Shown here one piece after another: positions 18,126-28,137 of a DNA stretch of 64,000 nucleotides. The notes beneath the pieces were generated by a model. It was not told the DNA's origin. It saw only the letters and a list, made by a program, of their open reading frames with translations, and ran no database searches. A program made the position numbers and the translations under genes. Within the stretch, counting starts at the first letter, position 1. The number at the start of each line of letters is the position of its first letter. Origin of the DNA: a bacterium (GTDB taxonomy: Bacteria > UBA8248); the NCBI GenBank assembly GCA_965213685.1, contig CBDBZY010000013.1, positions 61,987 through 125,986 of the forward strand, read 5' to 3'.

Positions 18126-19367
18126 TTATGGGGAAGCGTTTTGCCATATTCCGGCGAGACGGTCGAGGATGCGGCCCGCCAGAACCCCTTTCGGCAGGAC
18201 GGGAAGCGGCTCTACCGCCCCGTCGGAGTCGATGATGTACGCCCGGGAGGAATCCGCGCCCATCGCGTCTTCCGCGCCGGAGACCCTGTTCGCCACAATC
18301 AGGTCCAGCCCCTTGCGCTCGCGTTTTTCCTGGGCGCGCTCGACCACCCGCTCGGTCTCCGCCGCGAAGCCGATGAGGATTTTGTCCCCCTTGTCCGCGC
18401 CCAGTTCGGAGAGGATGTCGGTCGTGCGCTCGAGCGCGATGGCGAGCGCCTCCCCGCCCTTTTTGCGCTTCCGGGCGGAAGGATGGACGGGACGATAGTC
18501 CGCCACGGCGGCCGCCATGATGAGGGCGTGCGCCTCGTCCCACGCGCTCATCACGGCCTCGCGCATGTCGGCGGCCGATTCCACGCGCACCACCTGCGCA
18601 CCCGGCGGGTCGGCAAGCGCCACGGGCCCGCTCACGAGGGCGACGTCCGCCCCCCGCCTAGCGGCTTCTCCCGCGAGGGCGAAGCCCATCTTCCCGCTTG
18701 AGCGGTTCGAGAGAAAGCGCACGGCGTCCCACCTCTCCCGCGTCGGCCCCGCCGTGATCAGCAGCTTCATCCCCGAGAGGTCCGGGACGGGCGCCAGGAT
18801 GCGGCGGGCTGCCAGAAGGATTTCCTGCGGCTCGGGCATGCGCCCCCGGCCCGCTCCCTCCTCCGCGCGCGCCATGCGGCCCGCGCCGGGCTGCATGACG
18901 ATATGCCCGCGCTCGCGGAGGGTCTGCACGTTCGCCTGGACGGCGGGCGACGCCCACATGCGGGGGTTCATGGCTGGTGCGACGAGCACGGGCGGCTGCG
19001 CCGACAGCAGGAGGGTGGAGAGAAAATCATCCCCGACCCCGTGGGCGAACTTCCCGATGACGTTGGCCGTCGCCGGCGCGATGAGGATGATGTCCGCGCG
19101 CGCCGACAGCGATATGTGCGGCATGTCGCCGGTGAACCGGGCGCCCTCCACCGGGAACATCCCTCGTATGGGCGCCATGCCGGTGAGCACCTCGAAGGGC
19201 AGGGGCTGAACGAATGCGGAGGCGCTTTGCGTCAGCACCGTCCGCACCTCGGCCCCGTCGAGGGCGAGGAGGCGCGCGAGTTCGATGGATTTATACGAGG
19301 CGATGCCGCCCGAGACGCCGAGAACCGCCCGCTTGCCGGACATGGGGGCTGCGGAGGATGCGCTCAA
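18126..19367 (-). CDS. coaBC: Bifunctional phosphopantothenoylcysteine decarboxylase/ligase
   Basis: GGIASYK, APATAN, PAMN, TAGPTRE, SSGKMG, AAVADY, GFAAET. Confidence 0.97.
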   Translation of the reverse strand: MSASSAAPMSGKRAVLGVSGGIASYKSIELARLLALDGAEVRTVLTQSASAFVQPLPFEVLTGMAPIRGMFPVEGARFTGDMPHISLSARADIILIAPATANVIGKFAHGVGDDFLSTLLLSAQPPVLVAPAMNPRMWASPAVQANVQTLRERGHIVMQPGAGRMARAEEGAGRGRMPEPQEILLAARRILAPVPDLSGMKLLITAGPTRERWDAVRFLSNRSSGKMGFALAGEAARRGADVALVSGPVALADPPGAQVVRVESAADMREAVMSAWDEAHALIMAAAVADYRPVHPSARKRKKGGEALAIALERTTDILSELGADKGDKILIGFAAETERVVERAQEKRERKGLDLIVANRVSGAEDAMGADSSRAYIIDSDGAVEPLPVLPKGVLAGRILDRLAGIWQNASP

Positions 19368-19945
19368 CGGAGGTTCTCCTCCCCCCTCGACTGCAGGAGC
19401 AGTCTCCTCAGCTCCCCGAAGGCGACTTCGACGTCATCGTTGACGATGACGTGGTCATACAGGTGACGCCGCGCCATCTCCTCTTCCGCCTTGGAGATCC
19501 GGGAGGCGATCTTCTCGTCGGGTTCGGTCGCCCGGGTGCGGAGGCGGTTTCCGAGTTCCTCCAGCGAGGGCGGCATGACGAAGATGAGGCGCGCGTCCGG
19601 TCGCATTCTCTTGACCTGCAACGCACCCCCCACGTCCAGGTCCATGATGACGTCGTCCCCCCGGCGGAGGTGCGCTTCCACTTCGCTGCCGGGCGTTCCG
19701 TAGTATTCGCCGAACACGTGCGCCCATTCGAGAAACTCGTTTCGGGTGATCATGTCGTGGAAATCCGGCTTCTCCAGGAAATGATAGTGCACCCCGTCTT
19801 CCTCATAGTCCCGTCTGGGCCGCGTCGTCGCGCTTACCGAATGCCGGACGTGCGGGAGCTCCGCGCAGGAGCGCCCTATCAGCGTGGATTTGCCCGTGCC
19901 GGAGGGAGCGGAGATGACGAAGAGGTGGCCGCGCCTGCGCATCAT
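19364..19945 (-). CDS. gmk: Guanylate kinase
   Basis: SAPSGTGKST, SATTRPRR, YYGT, PPSLEEL. Confidence 0.96.
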   Translation of the reverse strand: MMRRRGHLFVISAPSGTGKSTLIGRSCAELPHVRHSVSATTRPRRDYEEDGVHYHFLEKPDFHDMITRNEFLEWAHVFGEYYGTPGSEVEAHLRRGDDVIMDLDVGGALQVKRMRPDARLIFVMPPSLEELGNRLRTRATEPDEKIASRISKAEEEMARRHLYDHVIVNDDVEVAFGELRRLLLQSRGEENLR

Positions 19946-20814
19946 TCGACGTTTTGCACTTGTTCGCGGATTTTCTCGATGGCGCTTTTCATGTCCACCG
20001 CGTTTTGGGTGAGCGCCAGGTCGATGGATTTCGATGAAATCGTGTTGGCTTCGCGGTTCATCTCCTGGACGAGAAAATCCAGCTTGCGGCCAATCGGCCC
20101 CTCGGCTTCGAGCATCTCCCGAAACTGGGCGACGTGGCTGTCGAGACGACTCAGCTCCTCGCTGATGTCCCCCCGCTCGGCGGCGTAGACCATCTCCTGC
20201 TCCAGGCGGCCTTCGTCCACCTCGACCCCCTCGGCGAATTCCAGAATCCGCTCGCGCATCCGCTCCGTGAGCCGCTTTCGCGCCTCGGGCAGGCGGCTCC
20301 GGATTGCCTCGCATCGTTCCCGCACCGCGCCAAGGTGGGCGGAGAGGTCTTTCGCCAGGGCGTCCCCCTCTTTCCCGCGCATGCGGCCCAGGGCGTCTAG
20401 CGCGTCGCCCAGGGATTCCATCAGGGGAGTGCGCACGTCGTTTTTGTCCAGCTCCGGCTCCGCGCCCTTGAGCAGGTCCCGGAAGGTTGCGAGTATGGAG
20501 AGGTCCACCTCGCCGGGTATTGCCAGTTCGCTTTTCAGGGACCGGAGAGTCGCGAGGAGAGATTTTGCGGCGTCCGCGTCGATGGGCGCCGCGAGGCGCG
20601 CGCCGCCTCCCAGGCGGATGTAGATGTCGAAGCGTCCGCGGGAGAAGCGCTTTTTCACCATCTCGCGCACGTCGCCCTCCAGCGGGAGTGCCCACCGGGG
20701 ACCCCGGATGGAGGCCTCCAGATAGCGGTGGTTCACCGCGCGCGCCTCCACGCTGACGGAGGCGTCCCCCAGCGACCGCTGCCCCGCCCCGTAGCCTGTC
20801 ATGCTGTCTATCAT
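19942..20814 (-). CDS. yicC: YicC/YloC family endoribonuclease
   Basis: SMTGYG, VNHRYL, GRKLDFLVQEMNREANT..SK, REQVQNVE. Confidence 0.95.
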   Translation of the reverse strand: MIDSMTGYGAGQRSLGDASVSVEARAVNHRYLEASIRGPRWALPLEGDVREMVKKRFSRGRFDIYIRLGGGARLAAPIDADAAKSLLATLRSLKSELAIPGEVDLSILATFRDLLKGAEPELDKNDVRTPLMESLGDALDALGRMRGKEGDALAKDLSAHLGAVRERCEAIRSRLPEARKRLTERMRERILEFAEGVEVDEGRLEQEMVYAAERGDISEELSRLDSHVAQFREMLEAEGPIGRKLDFLVQEMNREANTISSKSIDLALTQNAVDMKSAIEKIREQVQNVE

Positions 20815-20929
20815 CGCCCGTCCCGCACGATGCGTTGCAGTCGCATCCAAAGGGGTTAGAATATTTTTTCGGTCGGGGCCTGTCAACGGACGCGCCTCCG
20901 GCGGCATGGGACGATGCAGGGCGGATTTC

Positions 20930-22690
20930 ATGGATACCTTTGTGCTTCAGGCGGTCGCCCGGGAGTTGGAGGAGCGTCTCGCAGGCGCGCGCCTCGAGAG
21001 AGTCTCCCAGGCGGACGCGCGGACGATCACCCTGTTTTTTTCGGGCTCCGGGAAGCGGCGCCCCTGCCTTCTCCTCAGCGCCGACCCCCGGCATCCGCGG
21101 ATTCACCTGACGTCCGCGCCCCCCCGGAGCCTTCCCGAGGCGCCCACGTTTTGTCGAACGCTCCGGAAGCATCTCGGCGGCACCAGTCTCACCCGCGTCG
21201 CGGCCGGGGAGTGGGAGAGAGTCGTGCAGCTCTCCTTCGCGCGCGGGGGCGTCTCCTTCGCGTTGATGGCGGAGATGATGGGTCGATGGAGCAACCTGAT
21301 ACTTCTGGACGGCGGCACGGGCGAGATTCTGGAGGGGACGAGGCTGGTTTCGCGGGAGAGGAATCCGGCGCGGCCCTTGGAGAGAGGAGGCCGGTACCGG
21401 TTGCCGCCGGCGCAGAAGAAAGCGTCTCCGGACGCCATCACGAAAGAGATGATGCGGAAGATGATGCGGGAGGCGAACCTCCAGACCGCCGCTCCGGAAG
21501 AATTCGCGCGGTGGCTGGTGCGCTCGGTGGGCGGGGTGAGCCCGGCCATCGCCTCGGAGCTGGCGGGCGTCTCCGGCCCCGATGGGGGCTGGACGGGGGC
21601 GGTGGACGCCTGGATGGGCATGGTGCGGAGCTACCGGAGGAGGGAGTTCGCGCCCGCCTGGGTTTTGGGGGCCGATGGGCGTCCCGCGGGGCTCCGCGCC
21701 GTCGGGGCGCCCGGGGCGAGGCCGGGTTCGTCCCGCGCCTTCGATTCCATGAACGAGGCGGCGGATGCGTTTTACCGAACCGTCCTGGGCGACGCCCGGC
21801 TGGAGGAGCGCAAAAAGCAGGCGTCGAGAATTCTCGGCCGCGCACGGGGGCGCGTCCGGAGGGCGCTCGATGCGGCGCGAAGAGACTCGCAGTCCGCCGC
21901 TGCGGCGGAGAGCGCCTTGCGAAAAGGAGAGCTACTGCTTGCGCACCTGGACGCGGTGGACGGGAAGTCGGAGGTTCTCCTTGTTCCGGGCGCGGACGGG
22001 TCGGTCGAAATCGCCCTGGACCCGCAGCGCACGCCCTCTGAGAACGCGCAGAGGTATTTTCGCCGCTACAAGAAACTCAAGCGGCGGGCGGCGGCCGGGC
22101 TGGCGCGCCTCCGGGAGGTGGAGCGCGAGGAGGAGTTCCTCACCGGGCTGGCGTTTGACCTGGAAGCGGCGAACGCCGTCGAGGATGTCGCGAGCGTCGG
22201 GGAGGCGCTGGCCCAGGCGGGCTATTCCGGACGGCAAAAGGAGGGAAAATCGGGGAGAGACGGACGGGGGAGGGGCAGAAAATCCGCGCGGCCCGCGCGA
22301 TACCGGCGGTTTCTGTCGGGTGCGGGCTGGGAGGTGATGGTCGGCAAGAACGCCTTGGGCAACGACGAGCTGCTCCGGCGCATCGGCCGGGCCGCCGACA
22401 CGTGGCTTCACGCCCGGGGGATTCCGGGGAGTCACGTCCTCCTGCGCCGAATCGGAGGCGAATCGGCGGCCCCGGATGCGGAGACGCTGGTTCAGGCGGC
22501 GGCGTTCGCGGCGTATTTCAGCCGGGGCCGCGCGGACTCCAAGTTGCCGGTCGATTATCTCCCCTTCTCCTCGTTGCGGAGGCCGAAGGGGGGGCGTCCC
22601 GGACAGGTGCTCCTCACCCGCCACCGGACGGTTCTGGTCGATCCGGATCTGGGCAGGCGCCTTTGCGGGGAATGGGAGGAAATCCCGTGA
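20930..22690 (+). CDS. rqcH: Rqc2/RqcH (NFACT) ribosome quality-control protein
   Basis: LRKHL.G, E.MGRWSN.IL, ENAQRYF..YKK, GKN..ND.L, WLHA..IPGSHV, AAYFS. Confidence 0.92.
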   Translation: MDTFVLQAVARELEERLAGARLERVSQADARTITLFFSGSGKRRPCLLLSADPRHPRIHLTSAPPRSLPEAPTFCRTLRKHLGGTSLTRVAAGEWERVVQLSFARGGVSFALMAEMMGRWSNLILLDGGTGEILEGTRLVSRERNPARPLERGGRYRLPPAQKKASPDAITKEMMRKMMREANLQTAAPEEFARWLVRSVGGVSPAIASELAGVSGPDGGWTGAVDAWMGMVRSYRRREFAPAWVLGADGRPAGLRAVGAPGARPGSSRAFDSMNEAADAFYRTVLGDARLEERKKQASRILGRARGRVRRALDAARRDSQSAAAAESALRKGELLLAHLDAVDGKSEVLLVPGADGSVEIALDPQRTPSENAQRYFRRYKKLKRRAAAGLARLREVEREEEFLTGLAFDLEAANAVEDVASVGEALAQAGYSGRQKEGKSGRDGRGRGRKSARPARYRRFLSGAGWEVMVGKNALGNDELLRRIGRAADTWLHARGIPGSHVLLRRIGGESAAPDAETLVQAAAFAAYFSRGRADSKLPVDYLPFSSLRRPKGGRPGQVLLTRHRTVLVDPDLGRRLCGEWEEIP

Positions 22691-23027
22691 AGGCGGGCTT
22701 GCGGAGCGTGGACGGCGCGCGGCCGGTGCGCCGATGGAGCGAGACGACCCCCTGCACAAAAGAAGAAACGGAGCGTCCGCACATTTTCTCTTTGCCGGTT
22801 TTCCACTGCCCGTTCAGGTTGCCCGGTATGCCGGCGGAGGCCCGCGGGGAGCTTGGTCGGTCCGGGCATGAACGGGGATGGGGCGCAGCGCCTCGTTTTC
22901 GCTCCGCCGGATTGCCAGGAGTTCAGGGACTGAGGGGCTGGATGAATACGCCATCGCCTCCCCGCCCTTCTCTCGCGGCCCCGGGAGTTTAATACAGAAA
23001 CGCTCACTCGCCTGGCGGAGGAGCGGC

Positions 23028-23456
23028 TCAGCTCCCGCTTTCTTCCAGAATCCTCTTGAGGTTGGAAAGCTCCCGGATGTTTCGCAGCGTGCCGTCGCGA
23101 TGCCTCGACTGGTTTTCGTATTCGGCCGCCTCCACCGTGTGCAGAACGTGGGTATAGGGGCCTTCCTCCTCGAGGTAGTAGCTGATGATCATCACGGGCG
23201 CCTCCTCCTCCGCGCCCGCGAAGTTGTGCCACGCGAGTTTCCGGTTCGGCTCCCAGGCGATGATTTCGGAGACGTGCTCGACGCCGTTCGTGTAGACCTG
23301 GTGAAAGCGGGTGCCCACCCCGCTTCTCTTCTCCGATATGATGCGGACGCTCTGGCTGAAATCCGCGATTTGCGGGTGCGTCTCCACGTGGGCGAGGAAA
23401 CGGAACACCTTTTCCGCGGGCGCCCGTATTTTCTCGATCACCGCCACGGGTGGCAT
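23028..23456 (-). CDS. SRPBCC (START-like) family protein
   Basis: I.AP.EKVF, GVGTRF, W.PN pattern; C-terminal LK.ILE helix. Confidence 0.75.
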   Translation of the reverse strand: MPPVAVIEKIRAPAEKVFRFLAHVETHPQIADFSQSVRIISEKRSGVGTRFHQVYTNGVEHVSEIIAWEPNRKLAWHNFAGAEEEAPVMIISYYLEEEGPYTHVLHTVEAAEYENQSRHRDGTLRNIRELSNLKRILEESGS

Positions 23457-23468
23457 GGGCGTTCTCCT

Positions 23469-24665
23469 CTACAGGAATTTCGCAAAGACCCGGTTGGCCA
23501 GAAGGACTCCCCTCTCCGAGAGGCGAAGCCTGCGGCTCTCCCTTTCCACCAAACCAGAGGTTTCCAGCTCACGCAACAGATCCCGGAACGCCTCCTCGGG
23601 GTCTGCGCCGCACTCTTGCGCGACTTGCTCCAGCGAAACGCCAGCCGTCATGCGGAGTCCGAGCATCAGAGCCTCGCCGATCGCCTTTCGGGGCGCGTCC
23701 ACCTGTTCGACGCCGGCGGTGGGGTCGCTCGCCCTCGCTGCGTAGGCGTCGGGCCGGGCGTGGTTCCAGAAGCGTTTCCCCTCCATCAACGAGTGCGCCC
23801 CTGCGCCCAGTCCCAGATAGTCCCCTCGCCGCCAGTAGTTCAGATTGTGCCTGCACGCGAACCCGGGCTTTGCGAAATTGCTGATCTCGTAACGCTCGAA
23901 GCCGGCGTCGGCCAGCATCGAATCGCGCAGCTCCCACATGCGCAGGGCCGTCTCCTCCTCGGGAAGACCCGCCAGCCGCCCCCGCGCTTGCCGCGCATGA
24001 AATGCCGTGCCCGGCTCTATGGTAAGCTCATAGGCGGAGAGGTGCTCGGGCTCCAGGCGGATGGCGCATGCGAGGTCGCGGGCGGCCATGTCCGTCGTCT
24101 GGTAGGGGATTCCGAACATGAGGTCGACCGAGAGGTTCGAGAAGCCGGCCCGGCGGGCGGAATGAAACGCCCTCTGCGCGTCGTCGCCCGTGTGCGCCCG
24201 GTCGAGCCTTCTCAGCGCGCCGTCGTCGAACGTCTGGACGCCGATGCTGATCCGGTTGACGCCGGCTTCTCGGAGGGCGCCGAAACGCCCGGCTTCCGCC
24301 GCCCCGGGGTTCGCCTCGAGCGTGATCTCGCAATCCCGGCGCACGTCGAACCATTCGGTCGCACGGCGCAAGATGCGGTTCGTCTCCTCGGGGGGAAAGA
24401 GCGAGGGCGTGCCCCCGCCAAGGAATATCGTGCCGATTCTCCGGCCTTCGAGGGAGAGCCGCGCGACGCGGCTTCTGGCCTCCTCGATGAGCGCATCGGC
24501 GTAGCGGCGCGCCCAGTCGGCGTCGGCGTGGCCCTTCTCCATCAGGGTTTCGAGGGCGTAGGAGTTGAAATCGCAATACCCGCACTTGGCGATGCAGAAG
24601 GGGATGTGGATGTAGAGCGATAGCGGCTTCATGTCGCGGGTCCGTTTGTTGGCGCGTTTATCCAT
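23469..24665 (-). CDS. hemW: Radical SAM heme chaperone HemW
   Basis: LYIHIPFC..KC.YCDFNS, GGGTPS, EANP, YEISNF, HN..YW. Confidence 0.93.
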   Translation of the reverse strand: MDKRANKRTRDMKPLSLYIHIPFCIAKCGYCDFNSYALETLMEKGHADADWARRYADALIEEARSRVARLSLEGRRIGTIFLGGGTPSLFPPEETNRILRRATEWFDVRRDCEITLEANPGAAEAGRFGALREAGVNRISIGVQTFDDGALRRLDRAHTGDDAQRAFHSARRAGFSNLSVDLMFGIPYQTTDMAARDLACAIRLEPEHLSAYELTIEPGTAFHARQARGRLAGLPEEETALRMWELRDSMLADAGFERYEISNFAKPGFACRHNLNYWRRGDYLGLGAGAHSLMEGKRFWNHARPDAYAARASDPTAGVEQVDAPRKAIGEALMLGLRMTAGVSLEQVAQECGADPEEAFRDLLRELETSGLVERESRRLRLSERGVLLANRVFAKFL

Positions 24666-24728
24666 ACCGGAACGTTCTGTATATGATAGCCTTCATGACG
24701 ATAGTTTTGGAGGTGGGGAGGGGCGAGG

Positions 24729-26285
24729 TTGGTCGTTCACACGCTATCTACGGAAGAGAGGCTGCGCGTCATTCAGCGGGTGGGCCACGTGCTGAATTCA
24801 AGCCTGGACATGGAAATCGTCCTGAGCCGCGTGGCGCATGAGGCGCGGGCGGTATTCCCGCTGGATCATTTCGTCCTGTATCTGGTCAATCCGGACAAGA
24901 AAACCTACACCATCCGGGTGCTCGCATCGAGCGAGGAAATACTCGAGGCGCCCCGGGAGGACATCCCGCTCGAGGGCGGGACGCTGGGCTGGCTCATCGA
25001 GCACCGCGAGAAGCCGTATGTCATCTACAGGGACCTGGACAGGGAGCGTCCCTTCGCCGAGGACGAGGGGGTGTTCCGGCGCGGACTCCGGAGCGGGATT
25101 CGCGCCCCGCTCGTCATCGGCGACGACGTGTTTGGCGAGATCGCCGTGGCCAGCAGCATGCCCGACCAGTTCACCGAGGAGATGGCCGAGTTCCTCTGCG
25201 AGCTCACGCCGGCCATCGCCACGGCGGTGGCGAACGCGCAGGCGTACGCCCGGCTGGAGGCCGCGAAAGACGATTTTCACCAGGAGACGCTCCACCTGCG
25301 GGATCAGATCAAGGAGATACACAATCCGGACGAGCTCATCGGGTCGAGCCAGGCCGAGGAGGGGGTCAAGGATCTGATCGCCCGCGTGGCGCCCACGGAG
25401 GCCACGGTGCTCATCCTGGGCGAGACGGGAACCGGCAAGGAGCTGATCGCGCGCGGCATCCATCACCTGAGCGGGCGGCGAAACCGCGTGCTGGTGAAGG
25501 TGAACTGCGCGGCGCTGCAGGAGACGCTGCTGCTGAGCGAATTGTTCGGCCACGAGAAGGGCGCGTTCACGGGGGCGGTGAGCAGAAAGCAGGGCCGGTT
25601 CGAGATTGCGAACAGGGGCACGATTTTTCTGGATGAAATCGGGGAAATATCTCCCGAGGCGCAGGTGAAGATTCTGCGGGTCATGCAGGAGCGGGAGTTC
25701 GAGCGGGTCGGCGGAGTCCAGACGCTGAAAGTGGATGCGAGAATCATCGCCGCGACGAACCGGGACTTGGAGAAGGAGGTTCGTCGGGGCCGGTTTCGCG
25801 ACGACCTCTACTTTCGCCTGAACGTGATCCCGATCCGCACGCCGCCGCTGCGCGAGCGGAAGGAGGACATCCCCGAGCTGGTCGATCACTTCGTGCGCAA
25901 GCACGGCCCCCGCATGAACCGGCAGATTCGATCCGTGGACCCCAAGGCACTGGAGCGTCTCATGCGATACGACTGGCCCGGGAACATCCGGGAGCTGGAA
26001 AACGTGGTGGAGCGCGGACTCGTTCTGGGGCGCGGCCAGGTTCTTCGGTTTGACAAGCAACTCCTGGGCGAATCCTCGCCGCCCGCCAAGGAAAGCGAAT
26101 TCATGTCGCTGGAAGAATACGAGAGGCGATATATACTGCGGGTGCTGGCCCATACGGACGGCGTCGTTTCCGGAGAGAGGGGCGCCGCCCGCATACTGGG
26201 GATGAAGCCCACGACGCTTCAGAGCCGGATGCGGAAACTGGGGATAGAGGCGCGCCGCGAATACAAGCGCTCCCGGTCGCCATAG
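24729..26285 (+). CDS. GAF-domain sigma54-dependent transcriptional activator (FhlA-like)
   Basis: N-terminal GAF; [31 protein letters not shown]; C-terminal HTH. Confidence 0.93.
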   Translation: MVVHTLSTEERLRVIQRVGHVLNSSLDMEIVLSRVAHEARAVFPLDHFVLYLVNPDKKTYTIRVLASSEEILEAPREDIPLEGGTLGWLIEHREKPYVIYRDLDRERPFAEDEGVFRRGLRSGIRAPLVIGDDVFGEIAVASSMPDQFTEEMAEFLCELTPAIATAVANAQAYARLEAAKDDFHQETLHLRDQIKEIHNPDELIGSSQAEEGVKDLIARVAPTEATVLILGETGTGKELIARGIHHLSGRRNRVLVKVNCAALQETLLLSELFGHEKGAFTGAVSRKQGRFEIANRGTIFLDEIGEISPEAQVKILRVMQEREFERVGGVQTLKVDARIIAATNRDLEKEVRRGRFRDDLYFRLNVIPIRTPPLRERKEDIPELVDHFVRKHGPRMNRQIRSVDPKALERLMRYDWPGNIRELENVVERGLVLGRGQVLRFDKQLLGESSPPAKESEFMSLEEYERRYILRVLAHTDGVVSGERGAARILGMKPTTLQSRMRKLGIEARREYKRSRSP

Positions 26286-26325
26286 GCGATGAGGGGGGCG
26301 GTGCGCGCGCGATCGGAGGGTTGCG

Positions 26326-27057
26326 ATGGACAGGGGAATCTGGGCGACGTGGTACGACCTGCCCGCCGAGGGGGCGAACGAGCACATCGCGTGGCTGCAT
26401 GAGGTGCATCTGCCCGAAATGCTGGAGCGTCCCGGCTACCTGTGGGCGGCGCACGTGGACAACGACAAGAGCGCGGAGCGCAAGGAGAACGTGGCCAGGC
26501 GCCTCACGCACACCGAGGACCCCTCCGTGCCGACCGGCAACGGGTATCTGACGCTCTTCGGTGCGGAGAGCCCCCATGTGTTTCTGGACCCCAGCCCTTT
26601 GGAATTGGCCGAAAGCCGGAGCCCCGATGCGCGCGAGATGCTGGGCATGCGCGCGGGTGTTCGGGAATGCGTTTTCCTGGAGGTGGGGCGCGTGAATGGC
26701 CCGGAGGCGGGGCTGCGCGCCCCCGGGATAACGCCGGGCCCCAGAATCCAGATGGGAAGTTTCAACATCAACGCACCAGGCAATGAGGAGGGGATGTGCG
26801 CCTGGTATGCGCAGCTGCGCTTCCCCCGGATGCGGACCCTGGCGGGTTGCGTGGGAATGCGCAAGCTGGTCTCCGTCTATGGCTGGGCCAAACACGCCGT
26901 GCTCTATGAGTTCAGCCTGAACGCATCCGTGGAGCATTACTTCCAGAAGGAGCTGGAGAGCGAGGACTGGTCCCGCGAGATGGTGGGAAACCTCGTCCAC
27001 GCCCCGGGCTCGCCCAGCACGGGCAGGCGCATCTGGCCGCCCGTGGCGGATTCCTAG
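26326..27057 (+). CDS. Hypothetical protein with two EthD/DUF4286-like domains
   Basis: Two repeats of a W...H/R.P.M...PG motif (WLHEVHLPEMLERPG and WYAQLRFPRMRTLAG). Confidence 0.65.
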   Translation: MDRGIWATWYDLPAEGANEHIAWLHEVHLPEMLERPGYLWAAHVDNDKSAERKENVARRLTHTEDPSVPTGNGYLTLFGAESPHVFLDPSPLELAESRSPDAREMLGMRAGVRECVFLEVGRVNGPEAGLRAPGITPGPRIQMGSFNINAPGNEEGMCAWYAQLRFPRMRTLAGCVGMRKLVSVYGWAKHAVLYEFSLNASVEHYFQKELESEDWSREMVGNLVHAPGSPSTGRRIWPPVADS

Positions 27058-27069
27058 GGCGCGCGACGA

Positions 27070-27103
27070 ACCCGCCGGAGCCGCGCCCGGGACCCCGGCG
27101 GGT
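27070..27103. terminator. GC-rich inverted repeat between convergent genes
   Basis: acccgccgg...ccggcgggt stem; no clear U tract. Confidence 0.35.
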
Positions 27104-27120
27104 GCGCGCGTGGGTGGAGA

Positions 27121-28110
27121 TTACTTCTTTTTCACGCCGATGCTGGCGAAAATCTTTCCAAAACGATCATATTCGTCGGCGATGTCCTTTTTGAGGGCGT
27201 CGCCGAACAGCGGGGTGGGCGTCTCGCCCATGCGCTTGAGAAGCCTGTTGTACGTCTTGTTCTTCATGAGCTTCCGGAAGCCCGCCACCAGGGTGTCGAC
27301 GTGGGCCTGGGGGATGCCCTTGGGCCCGATGTAGAAGCGCTTCGACGCCAGCACGAAGTCCACGCCGTTTTCCTTCATCGTCGGAACCTTGGGGAACATC
27401 GGGCTTCTCTTCTCCGAGCAAATGCCCAGGATGTTCAGCTGGCCGCGCCTGTAGCGTCCCAGCGTGCCGCCGGTGGCGGGCAGGGCGCCCGCGGAATCCA
27501 CGTGGCCGCCGAGCATGGCGCGGAAGGCGGGGCCGCCCCCCTTGAAGGGAATGTGGTTCAGCTTGATGCCCCTGTCCGCCATGATCTTGAGAATCATGAG
27601 GTGTCCCGTGCCGTAGACGCCGGACGAGCCGTAGCTCACCTTTCCCGGATTTTTCTTGGCGGCCGCGATCATGCCCTCGAAGTCCTTCCAGGGCTTGGAC
27701 GGCAGGGACACCATCATGTAGTCCGCCTTGTTGACCATGAAGATGGGCACGAAATCCTTGAGCGGGTCATAGCCCATGTTGCGCACGTGCGGGCCGATGG
27801 TGAGGTGGGAGGCGGAGGCGAGCATGATGGTGTGGCCGTCGGGCCTGGCGCGCTTGAGCGCCGTCATGCCGATTTTTCCGCCGCCGCCCGGCATGAGCTG
27901 GACGATCATCGGCTGGCCGAAATAATCGTAGGCCACGCTCGCCACCGCCCGGGAGTTCAGGTCGTGCGAACCGCCCGCCCCCAGCGCGACGATGACCCGG
28001 ATGGGCCGCCACGGGAATTTTCGGGCGGCCTCGGCCGGTACCGCGCACGTCAGGAACACGGCCGCCAGCGTCAGCGCCGCGCCTGCCAGGAACCCATTTC
28101 GCGTTTTCAT
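27121..28110 (-). CDS. tctC: Tripartite tricarboxylate transporter substrate-binding protein
   Basis: Signal peptide; P.RPI, GG..D..R, PDGHT, SYGSSG, HIPFKGGG, LGGHVD. Confidence 0.9.
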   Translation of the reverse strand: MKTRNGFLAGAALTLAAVFLTCAVPAEAARKFPWRPIRVIVALGAGGSHDLNSRAVASVAYDYFGQPMIVQLMPGGGGKIGMTALKRARPDGHTIMLASASHLTIGPHVRNMGYDPLKDFVPIFMVNKADYMMVSLPSKPWKDFEGMIAAAKKNPGKVSYGSSGVYGTGHLMILKIMADRGIKLNHIPFKGGGPAFRAMLGGHVDSAGALPATGGTLGRYRRGQLNILGICSEKRSPMFPKVPTMKENGVDFVLASKRFYIGPKGIPQAHVDTLVAGFRKLMKNKTYNRLLKRMGETPTPLFGDALKKDIADEYDRFGKIFASIGVKKK

Positions 28111-28137
28111 AGTCCTCCCTCCTTTCGGGGTATGCCG

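Noticed and set aside
22691-23027. Possible small gene between rqcH and the SRPBCC gene
   Set aside because: No convincing RBS or protein-like composition
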